A stretch of 35,533 nt of DNA, from positions 1 through 35,533 of the forward strand of contig ONFK01000001.1 of the NCBI GenBank assembly GCA_900317065.1, in the 5' to 3' direction. Made by a program: the position numbers and the translations under genes. Position 1 is the first letter of the stretch; every line of letters starts with the position of its first letter. Of this stretch, positions 16,960 through 24,642 are shown piece after piece. Source of the stretch: an uncultured Bacteroidales bacterium. Its GTDB lineage: Bacteria > Bacteroidota > Bacteroidia > Bacteroidales > UBA932. The notes under the pieces were generated by a model that was given only the letters and a program-made list of their open reading frames with translations, did no database searches and was not told the origin of the DNA.

Positions 16960-19317
16960 ATGGCAAAGATTCAACCAGTCAGGGATTTAGAAAACAACCT
17001 CATCGCCCCCGTCACGCATGAAAGGGCGGTGTATGACAGCGAAGGATATACCGTCGAGCAGAAGCTGTCAGAGGTAAAGCCGTCCGACCTATACGGTCCG
17101 GCGAACTACGATGTGCGCAGTATCAATATCGCAGCGCTCCAATCATTTGCCGGTGCCCTTCTTAACAACGGGACATACGGCTCGGGGGAAGGGTCTCATT
17201 ACAGACTGCCGGTAACTCCCGGCGATGTCGTCAACATCACAACTGGAGAGACGTGTAGAATCTCGTTCTTGTCCAATGTTGGGAGATCGATTTCCGGGAA
17301 TACCGTTCCCGCCATATCTTCCTATTTGATGGATTCGCAGAAGGTCTATTATTTCCACGTCCCCGAGAACTGCGTTGCAATCGCCTTCTCCCATCTTGCG
17401 ACAGATGGGGTAACGGACCGTAGCCCCGTGTCGCTGTCGGTCGCAACATCGAAGATGGCAAAGAGCAATGACGACGGAAGTATCATACCAATGTCGGCTC
17501 CGCGATACATGATATCTGGAAACGGAGATAAGATTGTAGGCGCAAATATTTCAGATGCCATATCATATTTGTTCCCCGTCAAAGCCGGGCACACGTATTA
17601 TGTGTGGCCGACGTTCTCCGGCGCTCTCCGATATGCCCAGATTGCAAGCCTCCCGGACAACAATCTTGAAGTGAGCGTGTACGGGAATGCAACATCCACG
17701 CTGGGCGATTCCGGAATGTCAATCTCCGTCAAGCCAGAAACGGACGGGTATTTCTTCATTTGCTCATACAAGGCATCCGCTGCGGCGCTTTCGATTGTTG
17801 CGAAAGAAGTGACAGAGGATAATAGTGTGGGCTCTGTAAAGCAGTCCGTCAACAAAGTGCTATCGCTTTCGACCGGCTATGACGAGGTGGCGCTTGACGC
17901 ACTCGACGAAAGACCGTATGCCATCTTGCTTGATACGGGGCTGTACGGTACGAGCAATACGTATAAGCATGTACTTGTCCCGGTGTCGGCTGGGCAGGTC
18001 TTGAAAATCCAGGGGAACGAAACGAATCCAGCCAGGATTGCATGGCTTACAAGTGACAGCGACCCGGTGGCCTCCACGTGCCCGGCGTACCTTCCCGGTA
18101 CCCGCCTGTTCGTAGTTGAGAACGGCGTCTTGACTGTCCCCGACGGAGCCTCGTACATGTTTGTCTACCTCGGAATCAGCGGCCAGTATAAGCCCGCCTA
18201 TGTCGGCGTTTACACGGGAGAATCGAGCAGTGAATCAGGAGACAAGACGGACATCCTCTCGCTCAATCCGGAAAGCGAGTTCTTCCCGAAACTCATATCC
18301 GCAAACAAGCGATACTATACTTCGTCGACCACTAATTCTCCCTATCCGCTCGTCATCGGTCATATTTCTGACGTGCATGGTAACTGGACCAATGTCCGCC
18401 GCTTCCTCAAATTCTGCAATCACTACGGCAGCAAGATCAAATGCCTCATCAACACGGGTGACATCATTCCATCGTATCTATACCTTGACGGTGTGAAATA
18501 CACAGGAGCGGCTGATTATAACGCGATCGAAGGAATCGAGAACGTGTTGAATGTCATTGGCAATCACGACACGGCAAGCAGGGAAGGCTCATCTAATTGG
18601 GATTGGCAGGCGTGTGTTGGCAAGGTTGCGTATGATGAATATTTTGCTCCGCACATCGCCTCATGGGGAGTCACCCAGCCGACCAATGCAGCCGCGAATG
18701 GCTATTGCTACTATTACAAGGATTTCACCGCCAACAACGTCCGCCTCGTCGTGACCGATGTGATGGGATATGACGAAACGGAGGATGCATGGCTCGCCTC
18801 CGTCCTTGAAAGCGCAAGGGACGCGGGGCTGCACGTTGTCATAGCCACGCATTTCTCATCCTCTCTCCCGGCAGCGGAAGGGTATGACAGGGCCTTTGAC
18901 AAGTTCCCCATCAATTACAGCACGACATACGAGGTGGGAACGAACGCCGTGAACCTGAATGCCTACAACAAAAAGGCGTACATGATGATGGAAGCGGTTG
19001 ATGCCTTCATGCAGGCAGGAGGAATCTTCGTCGGGTACATCCAGGGCCACTATCATTGCGATTTCATTGCGCGGGTTGCCAAGTACCCGAACCAGCTCAT
19101 CTTCTCCATCGGCTCCAGCAAGACGGGAGAGGTCCGGGATTACATGCACACCATCGGCCAGAGAGACCAGGACGAGTTTCAGATTGTCGCTATTGACACG
19201 TACACCAAGAATGTGAAGGTGTACAAGGTTGGAGCGAATGTAGACCGCGTTGGCCGTCACGTCAATTCCGCCTGCGTTTCTTACGAGACCCACCAGGTGA
19301 TTGCCGAAGGATATTGA
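16960..19317 (+). CDS. Tail-associated protein with repeated beta modules and C-terminal calcineurin-like metallophosphoesterase domain
   Basis: HISDVH, NTGD, GNHD, IATH and GHYH metal-binding motifs; N-terminal PVTHERAVYDSEG attachment-type motif. Confidence 0.85.
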   Translation: MAKIQPVRDLENNLIAPVTHERAVYDSEGYTVEQKLSEVKPSDLYGPANYDVRSINIAALQSFAGALLNNGTYGSGEGSHYRLPVTPGDVVNITTGETCRISFLSNVGRSISGNTVPAISSYLMDSQKVYYFHVPENCVAIAFSHLATDGVTDRSPVSLSVATSKMAKSNDDGSIIPMSAPRYMISGNGDKIVGANISDAISYLFPVKAGHTYYVWPTFSGALRYAQIASLPDNNLEVSVYGNATSTLGDSGMSISVKPETDGYFFICSYKASAAALSIVAKEVTEDNSVGSVKQSVNKVLSLSTGYDEVALDALDERPYAILLDTGLYGTSNTYKHVLVPVSAGQVLKIQGNETNPARIAWLTSDSDPVASTCPAYLPGTRLFVVENGVLTVPDGASYMFVYLGISGQYKPAYVGVYTGESSSESGDKTDILSLNPESEFFPKLISANKRYYTSSTTNSPYPLVIGHISDVHGNWTNVRRFLKFCNHYGSKIKCLINTGDIIPSYLYLDGVKYTGAADYNAIEGIENVLNVIGNHDTASREGSSNWDWQACVGKVAYDEYFAPHIASWGVTQPTNAAANGYCYYYKDFTANNVRLVVTDVMGYDETEDAWLASVLESARDAGLHVVIATHFSSSLPAAEGYDRAFDKFPINYSTTYEVGTNAVNLNAYNKKAYMMMEAVDAFMQAGGIFVGYIQGHYHCDFIARVAKYPNQLIFSIGSSKTGEVRDYMHTIGQRDQDEFQIVAIDTYTKNVKVYKVGANVDRVGRHVNSACVSYETHQVIAEGY

Positions 19318-19355
19318 TTCACCGGGGGCTCCGGCCCCCATAGATACCAAAGTAA

Positions 19356-19787
19356 ATGGAGACATTCTTTCGTATTGCCGAGTTGCTGGCGACCGCCTTC
19401 GCCGCCAGCTGGATCACGCGGCTCCTCACCATCAAGGCAAGGGTGAGGCAGGAGAACGCGGAGGCATCGAAGACGGAGGCCGGGGTAAAGGCCGACCAGA
19501 TTCAGAATATCCAGGATATTGTCGAGAAGGTCTACAAGCCGACGATTGACACCCTGGAGAAGCAGGTCAAGGAGCTGCGCTGGGAGATCGGCGAACTCCG
19601 GAAGGAGAACGCGAAGATACTGGCCGAGAACGAGGAGTTGAAGTCGGAGAACGTGCAGTATCGGCGGGTGATCCGAGAGCTGCGCCCGGAGCTGGTTCCG
19701 CCGGAGAAGCCCAGCCGGAGGGGCGAGAACGGGAAGAAGCAACCGCGCCGAGGCAACGGTCAATTCAAGAGGAAGGAGGAGGAGTAA
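19356..19787 (+). CDS. Holin-like membrane protein (one TM helix plus coiled coil)
   Basis: Hydrophobic N-terminus, heptad-rich middle, basic tail; directly upstream of the endolysin. Confidence 0.6.
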   Translation: METFFRIAELLATAFAASWITRLLTIKARVRQENAEASKTEAGVKADQIQNIQDIVEKVYKPTIDTLEKQVKELRWEIGELRKENAKILAENEELKSENVQYRRVIRELRPELVPPEKPSRRGENGKKQPRRGNGQFKRKEEE

Positions 19788-20251
19788 TGGAACTACTAAG
19801 TCAAAGGCTCTGGAAGAATGACACGTACACTGTCTCCCGTTTCTTCATCGACGGCAAACGCCACTATGAAATCCTGGAGGACAAGGACCGTGGACTGAAA
19901 CAGACGGATTCGCTTGCGAAGATCAATCGGGTGAAGGTCCCGAGGGAGACCGCGATTCCCACGGGGCGGTACGAGGTGCGCATTGACATCGTCTCCCCGA
20001 AATATGCCGCTGTCGCTTGGTATAAGAAGGTCTGCGGAGGACGGATGCCGAGGATCATGAATGTGCCCGGCTGGTCCGGGATTTTGATCCATCCAGGCTC
20101 GACAGCACTCGATTCCAGCGGTTGTCTCCTTACGGGACGGAATACAATCAAGGGCCAGCTCACCAGGTCGCGGGAGACATGGTTGGAAATGTATCGGAAG
20201 ATGGAGGAGGCCGTCAAGCGCGGAGAGAAGATATACATCGAAATCGTATAA
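19787..20251 (+). CDS. Putative endolysin, DUF5675 / L,D-transpeptidase-like
   Basis: ETAIPTGRY, VPGWSGILIHPG and SSGCLLTG (His...Cys catalytic-type motif); position in lysis cassette. Confidence 0.8.
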   Translation: MELLSQRLWKNDTYTVSRFFIDGKRHYEILEDKDRGLKQTDSLAKINRVKVPRETAIPTGRYEVRIDIVSPKYAAVAWYKKVCGGRMPRIMNVPGWSGILIHPGSTALDSSGCLLTGRNTIKGQLTRSRETWLEMYRKMEEAVKRGEKIYIEIV

Positions 20252-20255
20252 CCAT

Positions 20256-20362
20256 AGCATCCGGGCAGATGTAGTAGTAGTCAGTTCGTTTTCATAATGA
20301 TGTAATCAGTGTGATTGGTTTAAGTTGATTTCTGTCCCGTGCCTGTCCGGATGCTTTTGTTT
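20256..20362 (+). ncRNA. Large-loop stem (13-bp closing helix, 74-nt loop) followed by a U-tract; candidate structured RNA or terminator
   Basis: AGCATCCGGGCAG (20256-20268) pairs with CTGTCCGGATGCT (20343-20355, one G-U), then TTTGTTT. Confidence 0.55.
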
Positions 20363-20368
20363 AAACCC

Positions 20369-20740
20369 ATGAAACAAGTCTTGTCATACCTTTGGCAGCT
20401 CCCCCAGAACCTCCTGGGGCTGCTGCTCCTGCTGTACTACCGCCCGGAGGGGAGCTATGACTACCGGGACGTCCGCCTGCACTACTCAACCCGGATGCAC
20501 GGCGGGATTAGTCTCGGCCGGCACATCATCGTCTCCGACCGATACCGCCAGTACAACGGGAACACCGAGAAGCACGAATACGGGCACACCCGGCAGAGCC
20601 GGATGCTGGGCCCGCTGTACCTCATCGTCATAGGCATCCCGTCCGTCCTCTGGGCGGCGTGGTGGCAGCCCGGAAGGGGAAGCTATTACCGCTTCTGGAC
20701 GGAGCGATGGGCTGATAGATTAGGTAATGTCCAAAGATGA
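20369..20740 (+). CDS. Membrane protein with HExxH (HEYGH) zincin-like motif
   Basis: [53 protein letters not shown]; ATG at 20369. Confidence 0.8.
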   Translation: MKQVLSYLWQLPQNLLGLLLLLYYRPEGSYDYRDVRLHYSTRMHGGISLGRHIIVSDRYRQYNGNTEKHEYGHTRQSRMLGPLYLIVIGIPSVLWAAWWQPGRGSYYRFWTERWADRLGNVQR

Positions 20741-21275
20741 AAATATGGAGAAATGGATGCCAATAAATGGCTATGAGGGCCATTACGAAATAAGCGACCG
20801 TGGTAACGTCAGGAGCCTGAACTTTAAAAATACGGGAAGATCCGTGATAATGCACCCGAATGTCGCAAGGAACGGCTATTTGGTTGCTCGTCTTTCAAAG
20901 GGCGGGGAAAAATATCACCATCTTGTACATAGGCTTGTTGCATTAGCATTTTTACCAAATCCGGAGAATCTTCCGCAGGTAAACCATAAAGATGAGAACA
21001 AGAAAAATAATCGGGTAGAAAACCTTGAATGGTGCACCGCGTCTTATAATATCAACTACGGAGCCGCAAAGAAAAAAATCGCAAAAGCGCTCTCGCTCGC
21101 TGTTGAGCAATCAACGAAAGATGGTAAAAGGATAAAGATTTGGCAAAGTTTGCACGAGGCAAGCAGGGCACTCGGGATCGACAGAAAAAACATTAGGCAA
21201 TGCTGTAGAGGTGTTCTCAATTCTGCCGGAGGCTATTCGTGGTCATATCATAGATTAGGAGGCGTCGAGCGATGA
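20727..21275 (+). CDS. NUMOD4-HNH homing endonuclease with C-terminal NUMOD1-like HTH
   Basis: [67 protein letters not shown]...AGGYSW; AT-richer than its flanks. Start may be 20745. Confidence 0.93.
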   Translation: MSKDENMEKWMPINGYEGHYEISDRGNVRSLNFKNTGRSVIMHPNVARNGYLVARLSKGGEKYHHLVHRLVALAFLPNPENLPQVNHKDENKKNNRVENLEWCTASYNINYGAAKKKIAKALSLAVEQSTKDGKRIKIWQSLHEASRALGIDRKNIRQCCRGVLNSAGGYSWSYHRLGGVER

Positions 21276-21832
21276 AGCGGGCGGTGTCTTCCATGGTGCT
21301 TGTTCTGGCCGCTCTCTTTGCCGTGAGCGCCTCCTATTGGCTGGGACGGGAGTTCGGCCGCCGCGAGGGGGGAAGGTCCCCACAGCGGCCGGATACCGTC
21401 CGCGTTACGAAGTGGTTGCATGACACCGTGACGGTGGAGAGCAGCAGGCCGTCCGGCTCCGTCCAGGCATGGCTCCCGGTTGCCAAACCCGTTACAGATT
21501 GTAACGCCCTGCCGGACACGACTATTTCCAAAACGGAAACCGTCGCTCCGGACACGGCTTTTTCCAAAATGGAAACACCCACTCCGGACACCGTCCTTGT
21601 CGAGGTCCCCATTGAGGAGAAGGTTTACACCGGCGACAACTACCGGGCAATCGTCCGGGGCTACCAGCCGGAGCTGACGGACATCTGGGTGAGGGAGACC
21701 GTCTCCACTATCCGCGTCCCGGTCCGCCGGCGCTGGAACGTGACCGCCGGGCCCCAGGTCGGCATCGGGATCACCCCAGACGGCTGGAGGCCCTATGCCG
21801 GGTTGGGCGTGACCTTCGGCTACTCCTTCTGA
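21272..21832 (+). CDS. Putative spanin-like lysis protein (N-terminal TM, C-terminal amphipathic beta strands ending in Phe)
   Basis: Last gene of the lysis cassette; [13 protein letters not shown]...[13 protein letters not shown]. Confidence 0.6.
   Translation: MKRAVSSMVLVLAALFAVSASYWLGREFGRREGGRSPQRPDTVRVTKWLHDTVTVESSRPSGSVQAWLPVAKPVTDCNALPDTTISKTETVAPDTAFSKMETPTPDTVLVEVPIEEKVYTGDNYRAIVRGYQPELTDIWVRETVSTIRVPVRRRWNVTAGPQVGIGITPDGWRPYAGLGVTFGYSF
21512..21592 (+). repeat. In-frame 36-bp tandem repeat ([12 protein letters not shown] / [12 protein letters not shown] / PDT)
   Basis: CCGGACAC starts at 21512, 21548 and 21584; TTTCCAAAA.GGAAAC is shared by the first two units. Confidence 0.85.
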
Positions 21833-21909
21833 CAAAAAAGGTGTGCAGATAGACTGCACACCTCCGGGCTTTCCTGCCTCCCGGCCTCCGGGCCGGGGAT
21901 GCAAAGATA
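21833..21909 (-). ncRNA. Candidate small RNA of about 60 nt: -7 box, hairpin, three GGAGG motifs, terminator
   Basis: Minus-strand TATCTTTG at 21909-21902; CCTCC on the plus strand at 21861, 21877 and 21885. Confidence 0.4.
21834..21863 (-). terminator. Intrinsic terminator on the minus strand (integrase and/or small RNA)
   Basis: 10-bp stem AGGTGTGCAG/CTGCACACCT, 5-nt loop, A6 on the plus-strand left side. Confidence 0.85.
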
Positions 21910-21952
21910 CGAAAAACTCCGCCGCGAAATCCTCGAACTATGCCGAAAATAG

Positions 21953-23167
21953 TTACGGGTTGACCTGAAGCGGCGGATCTTTGTATCCCCAAACATAGTC
22001 AATCACCTGTCTATTGGCTTCATCAATCTTCCTTTCGTCCCGCTTGATATAAATCGCCGTAGTACGGTTACCAGCAGACACATGGCCCATCCCAAGCGAT
22101 ATTGTCGGGTCAGGGATGTCAAGCTCGGCGGCAAGTGTCGCCCAGGTGTGCCTGGCCCAGTTTGAAGAACAGTCAGGCTCGATGGGTCTTCCATCGGGGC
22201 CCTCGATTCGCTTCAGCGCCTCCCACATCCGCCGAGCATAGTCGTGGGGGTTAGAGTAGCGGTCGAATACGGATAGAAGATGTTCCTCCCCTTTCCACCT
22301 TTCAATGATCTCCCTGGCCTCCGGCTCCACTCGGATGCTGTAGAGGTGACCGGTCTTATTGCGCCGATACTCCACACGCCCGTCCTTCAGATCCTTCCAT
22401 GTAAGTGAGGCAAGGTCACTGACATTGATCCCCCGGAAATAGAGCATGAGCATGAACACATCTCGGTGCATGGCATCGTACCTGTACGTGATGTCTGCCG
22501 TCGCATAGGCTCTGACCTGTCCAATGGTGAGGGCCTTTTTCCGCGTCTCCTCCGTCCTGATCTTGAACTTGCGGAACGGATAGGCAGTGGTGTATTCCTC
22601 GTCCAGGGCGAAGTTGCAGATAGCCTTGACATTCCTCAGATGTACCGCCCTGGCATTGATTTTCCCGCCGATGAAAGTGTCAAACCCATGCAGCCACAGA
22701 CGGTCGATGTCTTCCATATATAATATGTCAGATCCCGTGTATGCCCGAACCTTATCGATGGTATAGCCATAGAGTCGCCTGGTGCTCTCCTTGTCCTTAG
22801 TGCTGACGCATCTCCTGGCGATCTCATAGAAGGTCAGACGACTGTCCTCTTCTGGAACGTCGTCCATATCTGAAGCCGTGAGCAGCTTCTTCAGCCGTCC
22901 AGAGGAAAGCCCGCTAAACCGTCCCTCCTCCCGGAGTCGCAACACCCGGGCGGTAACCCTGGTGAGCTGTGAGGACAGGACATCGTTCAGGCGTTTCGCG
23001 TCCTTCCTTTCCATCACCTTCCCAGCGGCAACGTCCCACTGGAGTTGTGTCACCGAAACGCCGGTGGCGATGTATACGTTGGTGCCGTAGCCTACGGCAA
23101 TCTTGACCGGGTAAGTGTCATCCTTCAGTGCCCGTCGTGTGTCAAGTCTTAGTGAACATTTAGCCAT
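21953..23167 (-). CDS. int: Tyrosine integrase, Bacteroidota type (arm-binding, SAM-like and catalytic domains), 404 aa
   Basis: Start MAKCSLRLDTRR at 23167; FRGINVSDL, RNKTG, WARHTWATLA, MGH and TTAIY motifs. Confidence 0.95.
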   Translation of the reverse strand: MAKCSLRLDTRRALKDDTYPVKIAVGYGTNVYIATGVSVTQLQWDVAAGKVMERKDAKRLNDVLSSQLTRVTARVLRLREEGRFSGLSSGRLKKLLTASDMDDVPEEDSRLTFYEIARRCVSTKDKESTRRLYGYTIDKVRAYTGSDILYMEDIDRLWLHGFDTFIGGKINARAVHLRNVKAICNFALDEEYTTAYPFRKFKIRTEETRKKALTIGQVRAYATADITYRYDAMHRDVFMLMLYFRGINVSDLASLTWKDLKDGRVEYRRNKTGHLYSIRVEPEAREIIERWKGEEHLLSVFDRYSNPHDYARRMWEALKRIEGPDGRPIEPDCSSNWARHTWATLAAELDIPDPTISLGMGHVSAGNRTTAIYIKRDERKIDEANRQVIDYVWGYKDPPLQVNP

Positions 23168-23168
23168 A

Positions 23169-23201
23169 TTTGCTGAAAATTTGCTGAAAATTTGCTGAAA
23201 A
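23169..23201. repeat. Three tandem TTTGCTGAAAA (11 bp): candidate integrase arm-type sites
   Basis: Exact copies at 23169, 23180 and 23191; the motif recurs on the far side of the att core. Confidence 0.85.
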
Positions 23202-23239
23202 ATGTACCCCAATATACCAAAATGTACCCGTATATACCA
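23201..23239. repeat. Two direct repeats AATGTACCC..ATATACCA with 20-bp period: candidate Xis/accessory-factor sites
   Basis: AATGTACCCCAATATACCA (23201-23219) and AATGTACCCGTATATACCA (23221-23239). Confidence 0.7.
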
Positions 23240-23329
23240 TTTATCGGCGACACCATTTGAAGCGTATACAACGAAAAAAGTGAACCAAGAACCGCGTAAA
23301 ATGCTGATTCTCAATTCACTTTCGTTATG

Positions 23330-23374
23330 TGAGGACTGGCAGATTTGAACTGCCGACCTCTTGCCTGTCAAGCA
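23330..23374 (-). other. attP core: 3' half of tRNA-Val(GAC)
   Basis: Minus strand TGC-TTGACAG-GCAAG-AGGTC-GGCAG-TTCAAAT-CTGCC-AGTCCTC-A gives the anticodon loop (GAC), variable loop, T-arm and acceptor 3' strand; D-arm and 5' acceptor strand are absent. Confidence 0.9.
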
Positions 23375-23428
23375 TATAGGGAGCTTATAATTAACTGTGT
23401 ATCAATATATCTAAGGGCAAAAAATCCA

Positions 23429-23445
23429 TTTGCTGAAAATTTGCT
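23429..23445. repeat. TTTGCTGAAAA plus partial TTTGCT: arm-type sites on the other attP arm
   Basis: Same 11-mer and orientation as 23169-23201. Confidence 0.8.
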
Positions 23446-23939
23446 TATAGATTGTGATGCTTACGATAGGCCTCCAGGTAGCCTGGAACATCTTCTCCGG
23501 GGTTAATCAAAATCTTGTCAACGTCCTTCGTGATGTTCAAAAGATTGCCGTATTTATCTAATTGCACCCAGACAAGATTTCCAGGACGGTTATACGTAAC
23601 GATGCAACTATACGCTGCCGGTTCCTCGAGGATGCTGCCTGCCGCCTGCTTCAAAGAATCAAGTACAGCCTCCCATGCCAGAGCCTCTTTTAGGCCTTCC
23701 TCATCCTTCTCCCCCTTATAGGTCTTGAACATGTGGGCGGCAAATTCTGTGTTGCTCTGGGCCCTCTCAATACGATAGTCAAGGTTATCCCCGTAAGTGA
23801 CCGTGTCCACTTTCACAGAAAGGATACGGTCCACGTCATTGTAAGTGCTGCGAACAAAATGTTCAGCCCGGGATGAAATTGTGCTCTCGCCAGAGCAGGC
23901 CACCACGAAGAGGGCGGCAAACAAAACAATCTTTTTCAT
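23445..23939 (-). CDS. Lipoprotein co-transcribed with the repressor; candidate superinfection-exclusion protein
   Basis: MKKIVLFAALFVVA-C-SG lipobox; starts 4 nt after the cI stop. Confidence 0.8.
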   Translation of the reverse strand: MKKIVLFAALFVVACSGESTISSRAEHFVRSTYNDVDRILSVKVDTVTYGDNLDYRIERAQSNTEFAAHMFKTYKGEKDEEGLKEALAWEAVLDSLKQAAGSILEEPAAYSCIVTYNRPGNLVWVQLDKYGNLLNITKDVDKILINPGEDVPGYLEAYRKHHNL

Positions 23940-23943
23940 ATTT

Positions 23944-24627
23944 CTACATCATTTTCATACACATCACCACACGGTATAGCCCGAGGACGTCTTCTTTTGC
24001 GACCTCGATGGGAGCGTACTTCGGATCGTGATTCGCTGACACGCACGTGATGTGCTCTTCGTCATTCCCCGGCGTGATGTACTTCACCAGCGGCCCGTCA
24101 ACCGTGTCCAAAATGTAAGCCTTTCCCCAGTCGATTATGCGGCCAGAGACCTTGCGAACGTAGGCCACTGAGCCGTTCGGGATGTCCGGATACATGGATT
24201 CGCCATAGATGTGGACGGCCATGTCGACGTCCTTCACCGGGGAGATCACCCGTTCACACTCAACCTCCGTCACACTCTCCGACCATCCGGTGAGATGACC
24301 CGCCTGGGCGAAGATCGGAAGCAGAGGAACACGATAAAGGGCTTCCTCACCTCCCCTCTTGCTGATCGACAAAAAGGCGGGCTTCTTTCCCAACGCCAGA
24401 TTCTTGACAGATTCGTAGGTATCGACAAGCTGCCTGTATTCGTCGATAGACCAAGCCTTGTTCTGGATGATTCTCAGATACTGCGTGTCGGGGAGCGAAA
24501 CCTTTCCTGTCTCAACTTGTGAGATGAAAGCCTTTGAAACGCTAAGGTATTCTGCCACATCGTCTTGCGTTAGCTTGTTCGCTTTTCTGAATAAGCGAAG
24601 ATTGAAGGTTTCGTCGACGGTCTCCAT
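23944..24627 (-). CDS. cI: CI-like repressor (XRE HTH plus S24 peptidase)
   Basis: LRLFRKANKLTQDDVAEYLSVSKAFISQVETGK; GESMYP Ser and LVKY Lys dyad. Confidence 0.95.
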   Translation of the reverse strand: METVDETFNLRLFRKANKLTQDDVAEYLSVSKAFISQVETGKVSLPDTQYLRIIQNKAWSIDEYRQLVDTYESVKNLALGKKPAFLSISKRGGEEALYRVPLLPIFAQAGHLTGWSESVTEVECERVISPVKDVDMAVHIYGESMYPDIPNGSVAYVRKVSGRIIDWGKAYILDTVDGPLVKYITPGNDEEHITCVSANHDPKYAPIEVAKEDVLGLYRVVMCMKMM

Positions 24628-24642
24628 AACAAACGCCAAAAA

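Noticed and set aside
10049-19317. Diversity-generating retroelement or shufflon acting on tail genes
   Set aside because: No reverse transcriptase or invertase, and I noticed no TR/VR pair or inverted crossover repeats by eye; a self-alignment would confirm.
19324-19339. GGGGGC-TCCG-GCCCCC hairpin before the holin-like gene
   Set aside because: No U-tract on either strand, so not called a terminator; function unsupported.
20727-21275. Group I intron around the HNH gene
   Set aside because: No room for a ribozyme core; the flanking genes are complete without splicing.
23168-23371. 68-aa N-terminal extension of the integrase in the ORF track
   Set aside because: It runs through attP and the arm repeats; recognisable integrase sequence starts at ATG 23167.
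23330-23374. Functional phage tRNA gene
   Set aside because: D-arm and 5' acceptor strand are missing; better explained as the att core.
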